This document shows positions 28,714-40,668 of a stretch of DNA of 64,000 nucleotides, piece after piece. The notes under the pieces were generated by a model. That model was not told the origin of the DNA. It saw nothing but the letters and a program-made list of their open reading frames with translations, and ran no database searches. Source of the stretch: an uncultured cyanobacterium (GTDB lineage: Bacteria; Cyanobacteriota; Cyanobacteriia; Cyanobacteriales; CAWCAG01); NCBI GenBank assembly GCA_963793425.1, contig CAWCAG010000005.1:2102720-2166719 (forward strand), in the 5' to 3' direction. Numbering within the stretch: position 1 is the first letter of the stretch; the number at the start of each line of letters is the position of its first letter. Position numbers and translations under genes: made by a program.

Positions 28714-30195
28714 ATGAAAGCAATTATGGTGGTGGGAACAACCTCCCATGCAGGAAAATCTTTGCTTACTGCTGCTTTGTGCCGCATTCTCTCTCGACGC
28801 GGTTGGCGTGTTACCCCTTTTAAGGGGCAAAACATGGCCCTCAACGCCTACGTAACCGCCAATGGAGGTGAAATTGGTTTTGCCCAAGCGGTACAAGCGT
28901 GGGCGGCTGGAGTGATGCCCTGGGTGGAAATGAACCCGATTCTACTTAAGCCCCAAGGAGATAGCACTTCTCAAGTAATTATGCAAGGTAAAGCCATCGG
29001 TACAACCAACGCCTCTGAATATTATGAAAAGTACTTTGATTTGGGCTGGAAAGCCATTGAAGAGTCTTTAGGCAGGTTGAGTCGGGAATTTGATCTGGTA
29101 GTGTGTGAAGGGGCAGGCAGCCCAGTAGAGGTGAATCTTAAGCACCGCGATCTTACCAATATGCGAGTTGCTCAATATTTGGATGCTCCGACTCTATTGG
29201 TGGTAGATATAGATAGAGGGGGGGCTTTTGCCCAAGTTGTCGGAACCTTAGAGTTGCTGGAACCAGAAGAAAGAAAATTAATCAAAGGAGTTGTGATTAA
29301 TAAATTTCGTGGTCAACGCTCTATCCTAGAACCAGGGCTTAAATGGTTAGAAGAACGTACTGGAATACCTGTGGTAGGAGTTATTCCTTGGATCGAAGGG
29401 ATTTTTCCTGCGGAAGATTCCCTAGATTTGTTAGAAAGAAATATTAAGAAACAAGACGGGGATATTAAAATCTCAATTTTGCGCTTACCCCGCATTTCTA
29501 ACTTCACAGACTTTGATCCCCTAGAAGCAGAATCAAGCGTAGCAGTTAAGTACGTTTATCCTCAAGAATCCCTCGGCCATCCCGATGCAGTAATTATCCC
29601 CGGAACCAAAACCACTATCTCCGATCTTAGATATCTCCAAGCTAGTGGTATGGCTTTACAATTGAAGCAGTATGCAGCGGCAGGGGGGACAATTTTGGGC
29701 ATTTGCGGCGGCTTCCAAATGTTAGGTAAAACTTTGAGTGATACTGAAGGAGTTGAAGGAGAAGCAGGAAGTTGCCCCGGTTTAGGGCTATTGCCCCTCC
29801 AAACCATGATGCAAGCTAACAAGATTGCCCGTCAGCGTTTAGTAACTTCCAACTATCCTGAAGCTGGCTTACCTGTAGAAGGGTACGAGATTCATCAAGG
29901 GCGTAGTAAGTCTTTGAATTCCCCTAGACAAGAAGCTGATTTTTATCCTCTCTTTGATGATCCTAGTTTGGGCATTGTGGATAAAACCCAATCAATTTGG
30001 GGTTGTTATCTCCATGGCTTATTTGATAATGGCCCCTGGCGGCGAACTTGGTTAAATCAACTGCGGCATCAACGAGGGTTAGTTTCTTTAGCAACGGGTA
30101 TTCCTAATTACCGCGAAGAAAGAGAAGCTGTTTTAGATTCTTTAGCTGATTTAGTAGAACAGCATTTAGATTTAACTCCCTTGTTACCAAGTTAG
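28714..30195 (+). CDS. cobQ: cobyric acid synthase
   Basis: GTTSHAGKS, PFKGQNMALN, EGAGSPVE, GICGGFQMLG, YLHGLF. Confidence 0.96.
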   Translation: MKAIMVVGTTSHAGKSLLTAALCRILSRRGWRVTPFKGQNMALNAYVTANGGEIGFAQAVQAWAAGVMPWVEMNPILLKPQGDSTSQVIMQGKAIGTTNASEYYEKYFDLGWKAIEESLGRLSREFDLVVCEGAGSPVEVNLKHRDLTNMRVAQYLDAPTLLVVDIDRGGAFAQVVGTLELLEPEERKLIKGVVINKFRGQRSILEPGLKWLEERTGIPVVGVIPWIEGIFPAEDSLDLLERNIKKQDGDIKISILRLPRISNFTDFDPLEAESSVAVKYVYPQESLGHPDAVIIPGTKTTISDLRYLQASGMALQLKQYAAAGGTILGICGGFQMLGKTLSDTEGVEGEAGSCPGLGLLPLQTMMQANKIARQRLVTSNYPEAGLPVEGYEIHQGRSKSLNSPRQEADFYPLFDDPSLGIVDKTQSIWGCYLHGLFDNGPWRRTWLNQLRHQRGLVSLATGIPNYREEREAVLDSLADLVEQHLDLTPLLPS

Positions 30196-30282
30196 TGTTA
30201 TTGCTAACTGCTAATTGCTAATTGCTAGTTGTTTTCTCCTCAGTCTTTCTATCCCACTACTCATCCTTTTCCTTATAAAAAA

Positions 30283-30522
30283 ATGAGTGTTCAAGTTAAG
30301 TTTTTACCAGATAATATTGTAGTTGTAGCAGAACCCGGAGAACCTATGCTGGAGGTTGCAGAAAGGGCTGGGGTATTTATTGCCACAGGTTGCTTGATGG
30401 GTTCTTGTCATGCTTGCGAAGTTGAATTAGAAGATGGTACACCTATTTGTACTTGTATTACCGCTGTTCCGGAGGGGAAAGAAGAGTTGATTATTAATCT
30501 TGAATTTGACCCTAATTGGTAG
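30283..30522 (+). CDS. small 2Fe-2S ferredoxin-like protein
   Basis: GCLMGSCHAC...C motif; ATG at 30283. Confidence 0.88.
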   Translation: MSVQVKFLPDNIVVVAEPGEPMLEVAERAGVFIATGCLMGSCHACEVELEDGTPICTCITAVPEGKEELIINLEFDPNW

Positions 30523-30541
30523 AATCATTTAATTAAGCTGT

Positions 30542-31156
30542 ATGCCTACCGCAATTACAGAAGCAATTATAACTTTGGCAGAAGCAGAGAGGCTGTTTAA
30601 TCTTCAACGTACCGAAGACGAACAATTTTTCTCAGAGTGGCATGAAGATTTGCCCAAGCTTACAGATACAGAAAAGATAACATTAAATGAGTTGAGGCGA
30701 CGTTATCTTTATCAACGTACTGAAAACCATTTGCTGGAAGGAACAGTCCTACTTTTGTTGGTTTCCCCTTTATTGGCAATTGCCGGTTTCTATGATCCGC
30801 CATATAAAGTGAAAGCAGAAGAATCAGTGCAAATAACCCTTAATGATAGTGAAGAAGTGCTAAAAGGGCGGATTGATGTGTTAGTACTAGAGAATCAGCT
30901 TTGGGTAGTGATTCTCGAATCGAAAAAGACTGCACTTTCAGTTTTGTCTGCATTGCCACAAACCCTCGCCTATTTAATGGCGAATCCACAGCCAGAACAA
31001 CCCAGCTTTGCCATGATGACCAATGGCGATAATATTTTGTTTCTCAAACTGGTACAAGCAGATCATCGGCAATATAGCCTTTCCAGGGTATTTGCACCAT
31101 TTGTCTCAAATCAAGAACTTTACAGTGTTTGGCAAATTCTCAAATCAATAACTTGA
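30542..31156 (+). CDS. PD-(D/E)xK nuclease-like protein (type I restriction R N-terminal-like)
   Basis: GRIDVLVL..VILESKK..PQTLAYL..MMTNG. Confidence 0.8.
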   Translation: MPTAITEAIITLAEAERLFNLQRTEDEQFFSEWHEDLPKLTDTEKITLNELRRRYLYQRTENHLLEGTVLLLLVSPLLAIAGFYDPPYKVKAEESVQITLNDSEEVLKGRIDVLVLENQLWVVILESKKTALSVLSALPQTLAYLMANPQPEQPSFAMMTNGDNILFLKLVQADHRQYSLSRVFAPFVSNQELYSVWQILKSIT

Positions 31157-31217
31157 AAGCAAATGATAAATGATGAATGATAAATGTAATACGCCTCTTG
31201 AGTTTTGACTTGAAATT

Positions 31218-34200
31218 ATGGCCAAACTAGTAATCCTCGATTTTGAAGGTGACTTGCCTCAAGGTGTAGCAGTCACCATGGAAATTCGTGAGGATAATAT
31301 TGGTGCTTTTAGTCAAATCCGGGCTAAGGGAAAGTTGCCCCCTGCCCCTTATTTAGCAGAGGAATATCAACATTGGCAGAGCCTGTATCGTAATTTGGCT
31401 TTCCTGTTTCGTTTAGAAGATCGTTCTTTGGGGGCAAACAATGGTTCCGATGGGGGAAGTGTTGAGGAATGTCGCCAAGCTGGAGAAATTTTAGCTAAAA
31501 GTCTCAATAATTGGTTGAAAAGCGACTCCTTTCGTCCGATTTGGGAAAAGTTATTAGAAAAGCTTCAAAGTCGGGAAATTATTAGATTAATTTTACAGGT
31601 AGAATCTTTACCTTTGCGCCGCTTGCCTTGGCATCTGTGGGAGTTTTTCAACCGTTATCCTAAAGCAGAATTAGCCCTTAGCGCCCCAGCTTATGAACGG
31701 GCAGTAACCAGAAAACATCAGCGAGAACATAAACGTATTTTAGCAGTTTTCGGTAATTCTCAAGGCATTGATGTTGCAGCAGACCGCAAATTGTTAGCTA
31801 GTTTACCTGCGATCGCCGAGACAGTTTTTTTGCTGGAACCTCAACCCCAAGAGTTACATCATTGGTTATGGGATGAACAGGGTTGGGATCTACTTTTTTT
31901 TGCCGGACATAGTGGTAGTGATGGGGCAGGAAAAAAGGGGACAATTAAGCTTAATAGCCGGGATTATTTGAGTTTAGATCGCTTAAGTAATGGCTTGAAA
32001 ACAGCTATTTCCAGGGGTTTACAGCTAGCCATTTTCAATTCCTGTGATGGCTTGGGTTTAGCAAAAGAGTTAGAGACTTTGCATATTCCTCAAATCATTG
32101 TCATGCGGGAACCTGTACCTGATGTGGTGGCACAGGAATTTTTGAAATACTTCCTGGCTGCTTTTGCGAAGGGCAATTCTTTATATTTAGCAGTCAGGGA
32201 AGGGAGAGAGAAGTTACAAAGTCTGGAAGAACAATGTCCTTGTGCCACTTGGTTACCAGTTATTTGCCAAAATCCGACGGTGGAACCTTTAGCTTGGCAG
32301 CCTCTTTCTGATGAGACAAGCATTCCCTGTCCCTATCTTGGTTTAGCCGCTTTTCGTGAACATGATGCAGACTATTTTTTTGGGCGAGATACTTTTACCA
32401 ATAGATTATGGCAAGGTGTACACCAGAAACCTTTGGTAGCAGTAATTGGCCCTTCTGGTAGCGGTAAATCCTCGGTGGTTTTTGCCGGGTTGATTCCTCG
32501 CTTACGAAGTGAGGGAAATTGGTTAATTGTCGCTTTTCGCCCCGGCGATCGCCCTTTTATTAAATTAGCAGAACAACTCATCCCTTTCCTAGAAACACAA
32601 TTAAGAGAAACAGAACAGTTGATTGAAGTTGGTAAGCTGGCTACTGCTTTACAACAGGGAAACATAGAACTTACTACGGTAGTAGAACGTATTCTCTCTA
32701 AATATCCTCAAGCAGAAAAACTACTTTTAGTTGCAGATCAGTTTGAAGAAATTTACACCCTCGCCTCTCAAGGTGAACATCTGCAACCGGAGGTTGCTTC
32801 CTTAGATACTTTAGTTACTAGCTGCAAACCCCAAGGAAAGTTGACTTTGATCTTCACTCTCTGGGCTAATTTTTTTGAATATGTCCTTTCTTATCGCCCC
32901 TTAGCAGAAGCTTTGTATAAATATAACCCTGAACTTCTCGGTCTCATGAACTGAGAGGAGTTGCAGGAAGCAGTGGAAAAGCCGGCTACGGAATTGGGGG
33001 TAACTATTGCCCCCGGTTTAACTAAGAGGATTTTAGATGGAGTGGGAGAAGAGCCAGGCAATCTACCCTTATTAGAATTTGCTCTCACTCTGCTTTGGGA
33101 GCGTCAAGAAGACCGTTGTTTAACCCATCAGGCTTATGGGGCTATTGGTGGGGTGGAACAGGCTTTAGCAAGCTATGCAGAGCAAATTTATAGCAACCTG
33201 AAACCTGAACACCAGCAACAAGCAGGAGAACTTTTTACTCAATTAGTGCGACCAGGGGAAGGAACTGCTGACACCCGCAGGGTGGCAACAGAAGCAGAAG
33301 TTGGTGAGGATTTATGGGTTTTGGTTAACCATTTGGCCCAGACTCGTTTGGTGGTGACAGGGCAAGATGAAGCCACAAAGAGCAAAACAGTGGAAATCGT
33401 CCACGAAGCTTTAATTCAAGAATGGCAAAGATTGCGGCAGTGGTTAGAAGAAAATCGTCACTTCCGTATTTGGCAAGAAAGATTAAGAATGGCTTTGCAG
33501 CGTTGGGAAAGTAGCGATCACGAAGTTGGTTTTTTGTTGCAGGGTACACCATTATTAGAGGCGAAAAGTTGGTTGCAACAAAGGTCATCTAGCCTGAGTT
33601 ACCAGGAACAAGAGTTGATTGTAGCTAGTTTAAATCAGCAGGAACAAGCCCAAAATCACTTAGAAAGCCGCCGTCGCCGTACCACAGCCTTCCTCACTAG
33701 TGGTTTGGTGGGCGGTTTTTTATTAGCGGGGTTTGCTACTTTGCAGTGGCAACGGGCAGAAATGAATGAGGTAGTGGCGCAACTTAATGCTGCTACGGCT
33801 TCAGTGGAAGCCCAATTTGCTTCTAACAAAGAGATTGAAGCCTTACTTGCTAGCTTGAAAGCAGCTAAGCAGTTGCAGCAATCTAGGGGTACTCAACCTG
33901 ATACAAAGATGCGTATTGTAGCCACCTTACAACAAGTTATTTATGGTATTCGGGAGTATAACATTTTAGAAGGTCATGAACGCAGTGCTATTAGTGTTAG
34001 TTTTAGTCCTGACGGTAAGCTAATTGCTTCTGGTGGTGATGATGCAACCGTGAGAATTTGGCAGCGAGATGGTCGAGGAATTGCTACTTTAAGAGGCCAC
34101 GAAGATAGTATTAGGAGTGTAGCTTGGAGTCCTGATGGTAAGTGGCTGGCTTCTGGTAGCTATGACAAAATCATTCAACTTTGGCGCTTAGATGGTACAT

Positions 34201-35305
34201 TGCTAGCAACTTTGCCAGGGCATACAGGTTCAGTAAATAGCCTAAGTTTTAGTGACGATAGCAAATTACTTGCTTCCGGGGGAACTGATGCCCAAGTTAA
34301 GTTGTGGCAGGTGAATACAACTACAGGAAAAGCTACCCTTTGGCAAACCCTATCTGCCCATGAAGGGAAAGTTTGGGATCTTAATTTTAGTCCTGATAGT
34401 AATCTCCTGGCTTCTGCTGGGGCTGACAAAACCATCCAACTTTGGGAAATAGATACAGCAAAGCTAGAAATCAAACCCCTAGAAGCCTTGAAGGATCATA
34501 ACTCTTCTATTTACAGTGTAGCTTGGAGTCCTGATGGCAACAGCATCGCCTCTGCTAGTGCAGACACAACTATTAAACTCTGGCATCCTCGTCTGCAACC
34601 CTTAAATAAGTTCACTGAACACGAAGCAAAAATCAGGGATGTTGCTTTAAATCCAGAAGGAACAATGATTGCCTCCGCTGATGAAGCCGGAATTATTAAA
34701 CTGCGATCGCTAAACAATCCAGTTTCCGTACAAACTATTCAAGGACATAATGATGTAATTACTCAAATTACTTGGCTACCCAATGGGAAAAATTTCGCTT
34801 CTGCAAGCTTAGATGGAACCATCAAACTTTGGCAAAGTAATGGCCAGTTAAAGGTGAACTGTTACGAACTTTGAAAGGTCATACCAATCAAGTTAGAAGT
34901 ATCGTCTTTAGCTCTGACAATCGCCTTATTGCTTCTAGTAGTGATGATCATACTATTAAGTTATGGAGTCTTCAAGGAAGCTTATTAAAAACTTTGAGAG
35001 GACATGAAGGGGGAGTTAATAGCCTTAGTTTTAGCGCTGATGGTAAAAGTCTTATCTCCGCTAGTGACGACGGTATAGCGATTCTTAGGCTAGTGAGGTA
35101 CAGCCTGGTTTTTGCGCTTTGGCTAGTGGCTAGTGGAAATGTACCTCATCAGTCCGAGAAAGGCTATATAATAATTACTTGGAACCTAGATTTAACTGAC
35201 TTATTTAACCAAGGTTGTACCTGGTTAAAAGATTATCTCCACAACAATCCTAATCTTAGTCAGAGCGATCGCCGGGTGTGTGATTCTGTTGTTAAGTATC
35301 CCTAA
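31218..35305 (+). pseudogene. CHAT protease - STAND NTPase - WD40 repeat protein, disrupted
   Basis: CHAT dyad FAGHS / FNSCDG; CPYLGLAAF..FFGR; GPSGSGKSS; DQFEE; LPLLEFAL; WD40 repeats. In-frame TGA at 32952, frameshift near 34855, MITE at 35074. Confidence 0.88.
35074..35168. mobile_element. miniature inverted-repeat element with TATAGC/GCTATA ends, inserted in frame
   Basis: TATAGC..TGAGGTACA and TGTACCTCA..GCTATA inverted arms; removing 93 nt restores DDGIIITWNL. Confidence 0.8.
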
Positions 35306-35317
35306 ACTGTAACTACC

Positions 35318-35581
35318 CTAGCGATTTCTACTATTAATTACCGCAGCAAAAAGCAGATAACCTAAACCAGCAGCAAGGGCAACCTCTTCTAACCATTTAC
35401 TACCAGAATATCTATACCAACGAGAAAAACCTTCCAAAGCACGTAGAATTGATTCAATACCCCAACCTAAAGCTTGGAGACTCAAATAAACCAACGCGGC
35501 TATACCTAGAGCTTGGATAAAAGTGTTTTTGAATAGATTCATTATCTTGATTTCTCTAACTACACTAATAGTAATTCCCAA
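35318..35581 (-). CDS. small membrane protein
   Basis: Two hydrophobic helices; start probably at MNLFK. Confidence 0.55.
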   Translation of the reverse strand: MGITISVVREIKIMNLFKNTFIQALGIAALVYLSLQALGWGIESILRALEGFSRWYRYSGSKWLEEVALAAGLGYLLFAAVINSRNR

Positions 35582-35876
35582 AAGCTAGAGTGAAAATTAA
35601 ATATAAAGAATTTTTTTCAACTTGTCTGCTATATAAGAGCATAGTTGAAAGTCTTTTTTTAACATCTGTTCTAGAGCTTTTATACACTATGCGATCGCAT
35701 AGTTTGTGAATCTGTTATCAACAATCCCTTGATCATAACCATAGATTTCTGATCAAGGTCAGCGATTCTTGATATCCTTGTAGAAGTTATCTACGGAGTT
35801 TTCTCTAGCCAACTCCTCACTTCCCCAATCCCAATCCCAATCCCAATCCTTGTCGCAAAGCGACACTCGATAAAGC

Positions 35877-36245
35877 ATGAGAGTTTTTCACACCATCCGC
35901 ATCTACAATCGCCAAACTGGAGCCGTACATACATTAGAAGTACCAGAGGATCAATATATCCTTACTAGCGCTGAAGAACAAGGCGTATCCTTACCTTTCT
36001 CCTGTCGTAATGGCGCTTGTACAACCTGTGCTGTGAGGGTGATTGGCGGGGAAATATATCAACCAGAAGCCATGGGATTATCTCCCCAACTCCAAGAAAA
36101 AGGTTACGCTCTTTTGTGTGTAGGTTATCCTCGTTCTGATCTTGAAGTAGAAACTCAGAATGAAGATGAGGTTTACGAACTTCAATTTGGACAATATTTT
36201 GCGAAGGGAAAGGTGTGGTTTGGTTTGCCTTTGGATGAGGATTAA
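35877..36245 (+). CDS. plant-type 2Fe-2S ferredoxin with C-terminal extension (Fed2/FdC2-like)
   Basis: FSCRNGACTTC, LLCVGYP, EDEVYELQFG tail. Confidence 0.88.
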   Translation: MRVFHTIRIYNRQTGAVHTLEVPEDQYILTSAEEQGVSLPFSCRNGACTTCAVRVIGGEIYQPEAMGLSPQLQEKGYALLCVGYPRSDLEVETQNEDEVYELQFGQYFAKGKVWFGLPLDED

Positions 36246-36771
36246 AGCTATTATTTTGCTGAGTTGCACCTTAATGCTTTGGGGTTGTGGTTCCCCTCAA
36301 CCTCCTGTGGGAGTAACAGCAAAGGTACAGAGGGTAGTTACCGGACAAAGTATTGAGGTTGTAGAACAATCTCAACAGCAAGCCTTAATTGAAAAAGTTA
36401 GACTTATTGGTATTGAATCTCCAGACTTGCAACAAACACCTTGGGGGCTTGAAGCGAGGGATAATTTAGCAGAGTTATTGGGAGAACTTCAAGGAGAACA
36501 ATGGGTATTAGGGGAAGTGCTTTTAGAATTTGATTCTCAACAGAAAGACGATTTTGGCCGTCGTTTGGCATATGTTTGGCATCGTAACCTTTTGGTTAAT
36601 GAACAATTACTCAAAGCTGGATCTGTTCTAGTTAAAGCGCGATCGCCTAACAATAAATATCAAGAACGTCTCCAACGGGGGCAAGAATATGCTCGAATTA
36701 TGGGGTATGGTATCTGGAATCCTCAACAGCCTCTACGTGAGACTCCAGAAGAGTTTCGTCAAAGGGAGTAA
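36235..36771 (+). CDS. thermonuclease (SNase) family lipoprotein
   Basis: LWGC lipobox, KVRLIGIESP, DDFGRRLAYVW, GYGIW; ATG at 36235 overlaps the ferredoxin end. Confidence 0.88.
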   Translation: MRIKAIILLSCTLMLWGCGSPQPPVGVTAKVQRVVTGQSIEVVEQSQQQALIEKVRLIGIESPDLQQTPWGLEARDNLAELLGELQGEQWVLGEVLLEFDSQQKDDFGRRLAYVWHRNLLVNEQLLKAGSVLVKARSPNNKYQERLQRGQEYARIMGYGIWNPQQPLRETPEEFRQRE

Positions 36772-36784
36772 TGAGAATTAGAGA

Positions 36785-37892
36785 TCAGTAATTAGCTTCA
36801 AAAACACAAACAGATTTATCAACTGGGCAAATTGGCTGTGCAATAGGATTTTCGGAAAGGGAAAGCCAACTTAGATTAGTTAATCCTGATAGAGAACTGA
36901 CAGTTATGATTTGATTGCGATCAAGGATAAGTTGCTTTAGGTTTATGAGTTTTGCTAGAGGGGTAACATCTGTAATTTGATTGCGATTAAGGTCAAGCTT
37001 CTCTAGATTAGTGAGTTCAGTCAGAGGTTGAATATCTGTGATTTGGTTGCCTGGGAGGTAAAGTTCTTTCAGATTTGAGAATTCTGCTAGAACACTGATG
37101 TCCCTAATTTGATTAAAGCTGAGGTTAAGGTACTCTACATCTGCAAGTCCCGTTAGAGGAGTGACATCAGTAATTTGATTGCCCCAAATGGCAACCGTCT
37201 TGAGATTAATAAGTCCTGTTAGAGGGGTGACATCTGTGATCTGATTGTGATTGAGATTGAGGAATTCTAAATTTATTAGTTTGGCTATAAGGTGTTAGAT
37301 TAGTAATTTCGTTGAGTCCCAGACCAAGTTCTTCTAAATTTGTAAGTCCTGCTAGAAAAGTAATATTCGTAATTTGGTTATTAGTAAGGCCAAGTTTTTC
37401 TAAATTTGTGAGTTTTGCCAGAGGACTAAAATCTATAATTTGATTACCGAAGAGATAAAGTTCCTCTAGATTTGTAAGTTTTGTCAGAGAATTAATATCT
37501 GTAATTTGGTTATCACCGATATTAAGGAACTCTAGATTTATAAGTTGTACCAGAGAACTTGCATCTTTGATTGTGTTAGTGCTGAGATCAAGCAACCTTA
37601 GATTTGTGAGTGTTGCTAAAGGTGTAACATCTCTAATTTCCTTATTACTGAGATCAAGTTCTGTAAGGCTTACTAACTCGTTATTAGCTAATTCACAATC
37701 AGTTGTTCCTGCTTTCTCTAACAATACATCTACAGTTTTTCTTGCTGCGGGTGACAAATTCGCTTTTTGCAGACACCATTGTTGAAAAGAACTTCCTAAA
37801 CGGGGATCAGCCGCTTGAGTTGCTTGTGTTCCCCAGGCAGTAAGCATTAATGTACTCAGTATCAAAACAGCCTTGCTAGTTAATTTCGCCAT
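36785..37892 (-). pseudogene. secreted internalin-like LRR protein (13 repeats), 1-nt frameshift near 37289
   Basis: Signal peptide and WC..C cap; the shifted frame continues IAKLINLEFLNLNHNQ..ICPVDKSVCVFEANY*. Confidence 0.85.
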
Positions 37893-37951
37893 TGGTATAT
37901 TTGTATGATTTCTACTTTGTGGTGCAAGTGTTTCTACAACTTTAACTAAGC

Positions 37952-38077
37952 TTATTCGGTTGAGAATGGGTCAAAAACACAAACCGATTCATCTAATGGG
38001 CAAACAGTGTTTGTAAGAGGATTTTTTCTCAGGAAAAGCCAAGTTAGATTGGTTAATTCTGACAGAGAACTAACATT
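37952..38077 (-). pseudogene. 3' remnant of an LRR gene (last repeat and C-terminal cap)
   Basis: Translates as NVSSLSELTNLTWLFLRKNPLTNTVCPLDESVCVFDPFSTE*. Confidence 0.8.
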
Positions 38078-38391
38078 TTATGATTCTTTACTCAAAGACT
38101 ATTGACTTTTATGTTCCCTAACTTTTAAACATTTTACTTTACCTTTTTATTGCTGTTTTTCTACTTATTTATAATTGCTTTAACTCCTCATTGCACATTT
38201 CCATTTCCTTCCATTTTCTCCCTGATTCTCCGCCATCATGTCAACTTTTTTCGACTACAGTTAGAGGTTTTACTTCTTTGTCTGTCTAAATCTCAGTATT
38301 AACTTATCATTAAAAAGTAGAGCTATATAGGTTATTAAATGGGGTTGTTCAAATTCTCACCAAGTTTCTTGTAGTATCTCTAGGAATTTTC

Positions 38392-38727
38392 TTGCTCACC
38401 GCCCAGATAGTACCACGTTTGCTTATTAGAAGTGACATTGAACGCCTTACTGCTGAAAATGAAGAAGCTGCCGATTATGCCAAAGAAGTACAGGAGCTTA
38501 TTGGAAGTATAAGATGTTCTCAACTATCAGCTTTAACTTGTACTGGAGTAAAAATTGTCGAATTAGAGCCAATGGAAACTATTTCTAACAATAACGAACC
38601 GCCTCAATCTTGCCCTTATCCTTACAAAGGTAACGCAGTAATATACGGCTTATTTGGAATTCCGTCGTATACAATCGAATTTGGTTGCGATCTTATAGAA
38701 GTGCAGTTCATACCTATACATGATTAG
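38392..38727 (+). CDS. hypothetical protein
   Basis: 111-aa ORF with four Cys; start uncertain. Confidence 0.45.
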   Translation: MLTAQIVPRLLIRSDIERLTAENEEAADYAKEVQELIGSIRCSQLSALTCTGVKIVELEPMETISNNNEPPQSCPYPYKGNAVIYGLFGIPSYTIEFGCDLIEVQFIPIHD

Positions 38728-39100
38728 GGAAATTTAATTAAATAAGTATTCAAGCCTACATTTCGCAGGTTAACTTGGATATGTAATGATTTTTGCGACA
38801 CTATTGAAACTAAGTGATCGCAAGTTCAGCCATTCTCAAAAATACCAACCAATTGAGAATCAAGCTGAGCTTAATGCTCTTGAGGCTAAAATCAATAAAA
38901 ACTTTATTAAGATAAAGCTTCGCCTCGTAAGTAAGGCGAAAATCGTTCAAATTGAGGACTAACCTACGAAATGTCCATTCAAACTTACCTAATTGGACAG
39001 TGTTACTATACATTTCACTAGATACAAAAAAGAATAATTTTAAAAACTCCTAAGTATTAGTTTTACTTAGGAGATAATATGCCAAAACTGGTTATTTCAA

Positions 39101-40001
39101 TTAGGGTCTTAGACTTATGTAATCATCCTCAGCTGATGCAGTTCGGTAAGGATAGGTACAATTCGTGCCTGTAGGCAAGCACCACTGATAGTAATCCAAT
39201 TTTCCTCTTGTCAAAGTAAGTGGAGAACCGCTTGAGTTTTTAGACATCAAAACACCACCATCAACTCCAGCCATGCACCATATATTCATAAAGGGGCAAA
39301 TGCTTTCTTCTACCTCTTGCCACGATATAGCTACAGAAGTGGAACTAGCTGGGTAGAACGTTGGGTTATTGTAGGGAGTAAAAAACCATATTCCTTTGTA
39401 GGTCAGGCTATTTACAATAGCTTGAGCATTCCACGTACCAAAGCCAAAGCTGCTTTTGGAACCAGGATCGGATACTCCAGCAGTTGGGCAATCATCATAG
39501 TGAGGTTGTGGAAGATTATTGTAGGTGGTGCAACTACCGAAGTAGTTCCACTCAACTGTCATATCCATCTCAAAAGCAGGATTACTTTTCTCCCAATCGC
39601 CTACATTAAACCATTTGAAGTATGAGTCTGCATACACATCTCCATCGTAATAAATATCTCCATTATTAGGATAACGTTTGATAGGAGGATATGCTGAGGA
39701 AGGAAAAGTTGAAATAATCAGTTACTGACATGAAGATAGCTTTAGGCTGAACATCGTAGCGTCGCATGATCTGAAGGAGGCGTGCATCAGGAATACGCTG
39801 GGCAAAAAAGATGCCAGCAGGAATAGGCTCTGTTGGACTAATCCTAAGCCATTCCTCAAGCCGTTCTGTTGGTGTTCGAAGTACTTGTGTTTGGGAGTCC
39901 AATGGGGTTTGCGCTTTAACTAGATTTGAACTAAGGATAATGAAGCCGGCAAAAAGCGCTGTAACGACTGCTGTGAAGAGACGTTTTTTATTTCGAGTCA
40001 C
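39101..40001 (-). pseudogene. secreted Cys/Trp-rich hypothetical protein split across two frames
   Basis: Signal-peptide ORF 39666-40001 overlaps a second frame that runs into 39101-39637. Confidence 0.5.
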
Positions 40002-40429
40002 TGATTAAGTTGTCTTGAAAGATTATTCTGAGCATACCATACCTTTTCTTGTTGGTAGTCGGGTCGGGTTTAAACTCAGCCGAAGGAAGGTTCTATAATC
40101 TCATCGAGGATGTGATTTTCCAACTGGATATTGCCTAATCTCTCTTGTATCAGACTTCGAGATAAATAAGTAAGAGAAAAAGTGATTATCCTGAGTTGTA
40201 GTAGGGTGAAAATTGATTCATCAATGCGATTAAATCATGGAATCCCGACAACAAACGACATGCAGGAATGAAAAATTTGTTAGAAATCAGCTTCACTGGT
40301 GATTTGAGGAGCAGAGTTTAAGGTCGAAAGTACTACCAAGTCATAGGTAAACTTTGTACCTTCTGGGTTGAAGAAGGTTAGGGTTTTAGTTTCAGTTATT
40401 TCGTTAAGGTCTAAAGGAACCGTTGTTGA

Positions 40430-40624
40430 CTAGATGAGTAAGGTCAAAGTAGGGTAGACCTTAGTTTTTCTTACCTCGGTTGACAAGTTCGCTTTTTGGA
40501 AACACCACTCTGTAAAAGAACTCCCTAAGCTTAGTTCAGCCGCTTGAGTAGCTTCTGTTCCCCAACTGCTGAGTGTTAATAAGCCCAGGATTAAAGCAGC
40601 CTTGCTAGTCACTTTCACCATCAA
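40430..40624 (-). pseudogene. 5' remnant of an LRR gene (signal peptide and half of the N-cap)
   Basis: SWGTEATQAAELSLGSSFTEWCFQKANLSTEVRKT, then unrelated sequence. Confidence 0.82.
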
Positions 40625-40668
40625 TAAATGCCCATCGCCTTAAACTTTACAGGATAGTTGCCATAATT

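Noticed and set aside
9425..32954. Programmed TGA readthrough or selenocysteine at the in-frame stops (9425, 32952)
   Set aside because: The paralog has Ser at the 9425 position, neither site is an evident catalytic Cys, and both loci carry other signs of decay.
35686..35703. 18-bp perfect palindrome ACTATGCGATCGCATAGT
   Set aside because: Centred on the abundant HIP1 octamer; five extra paired bases are plausible by chance.
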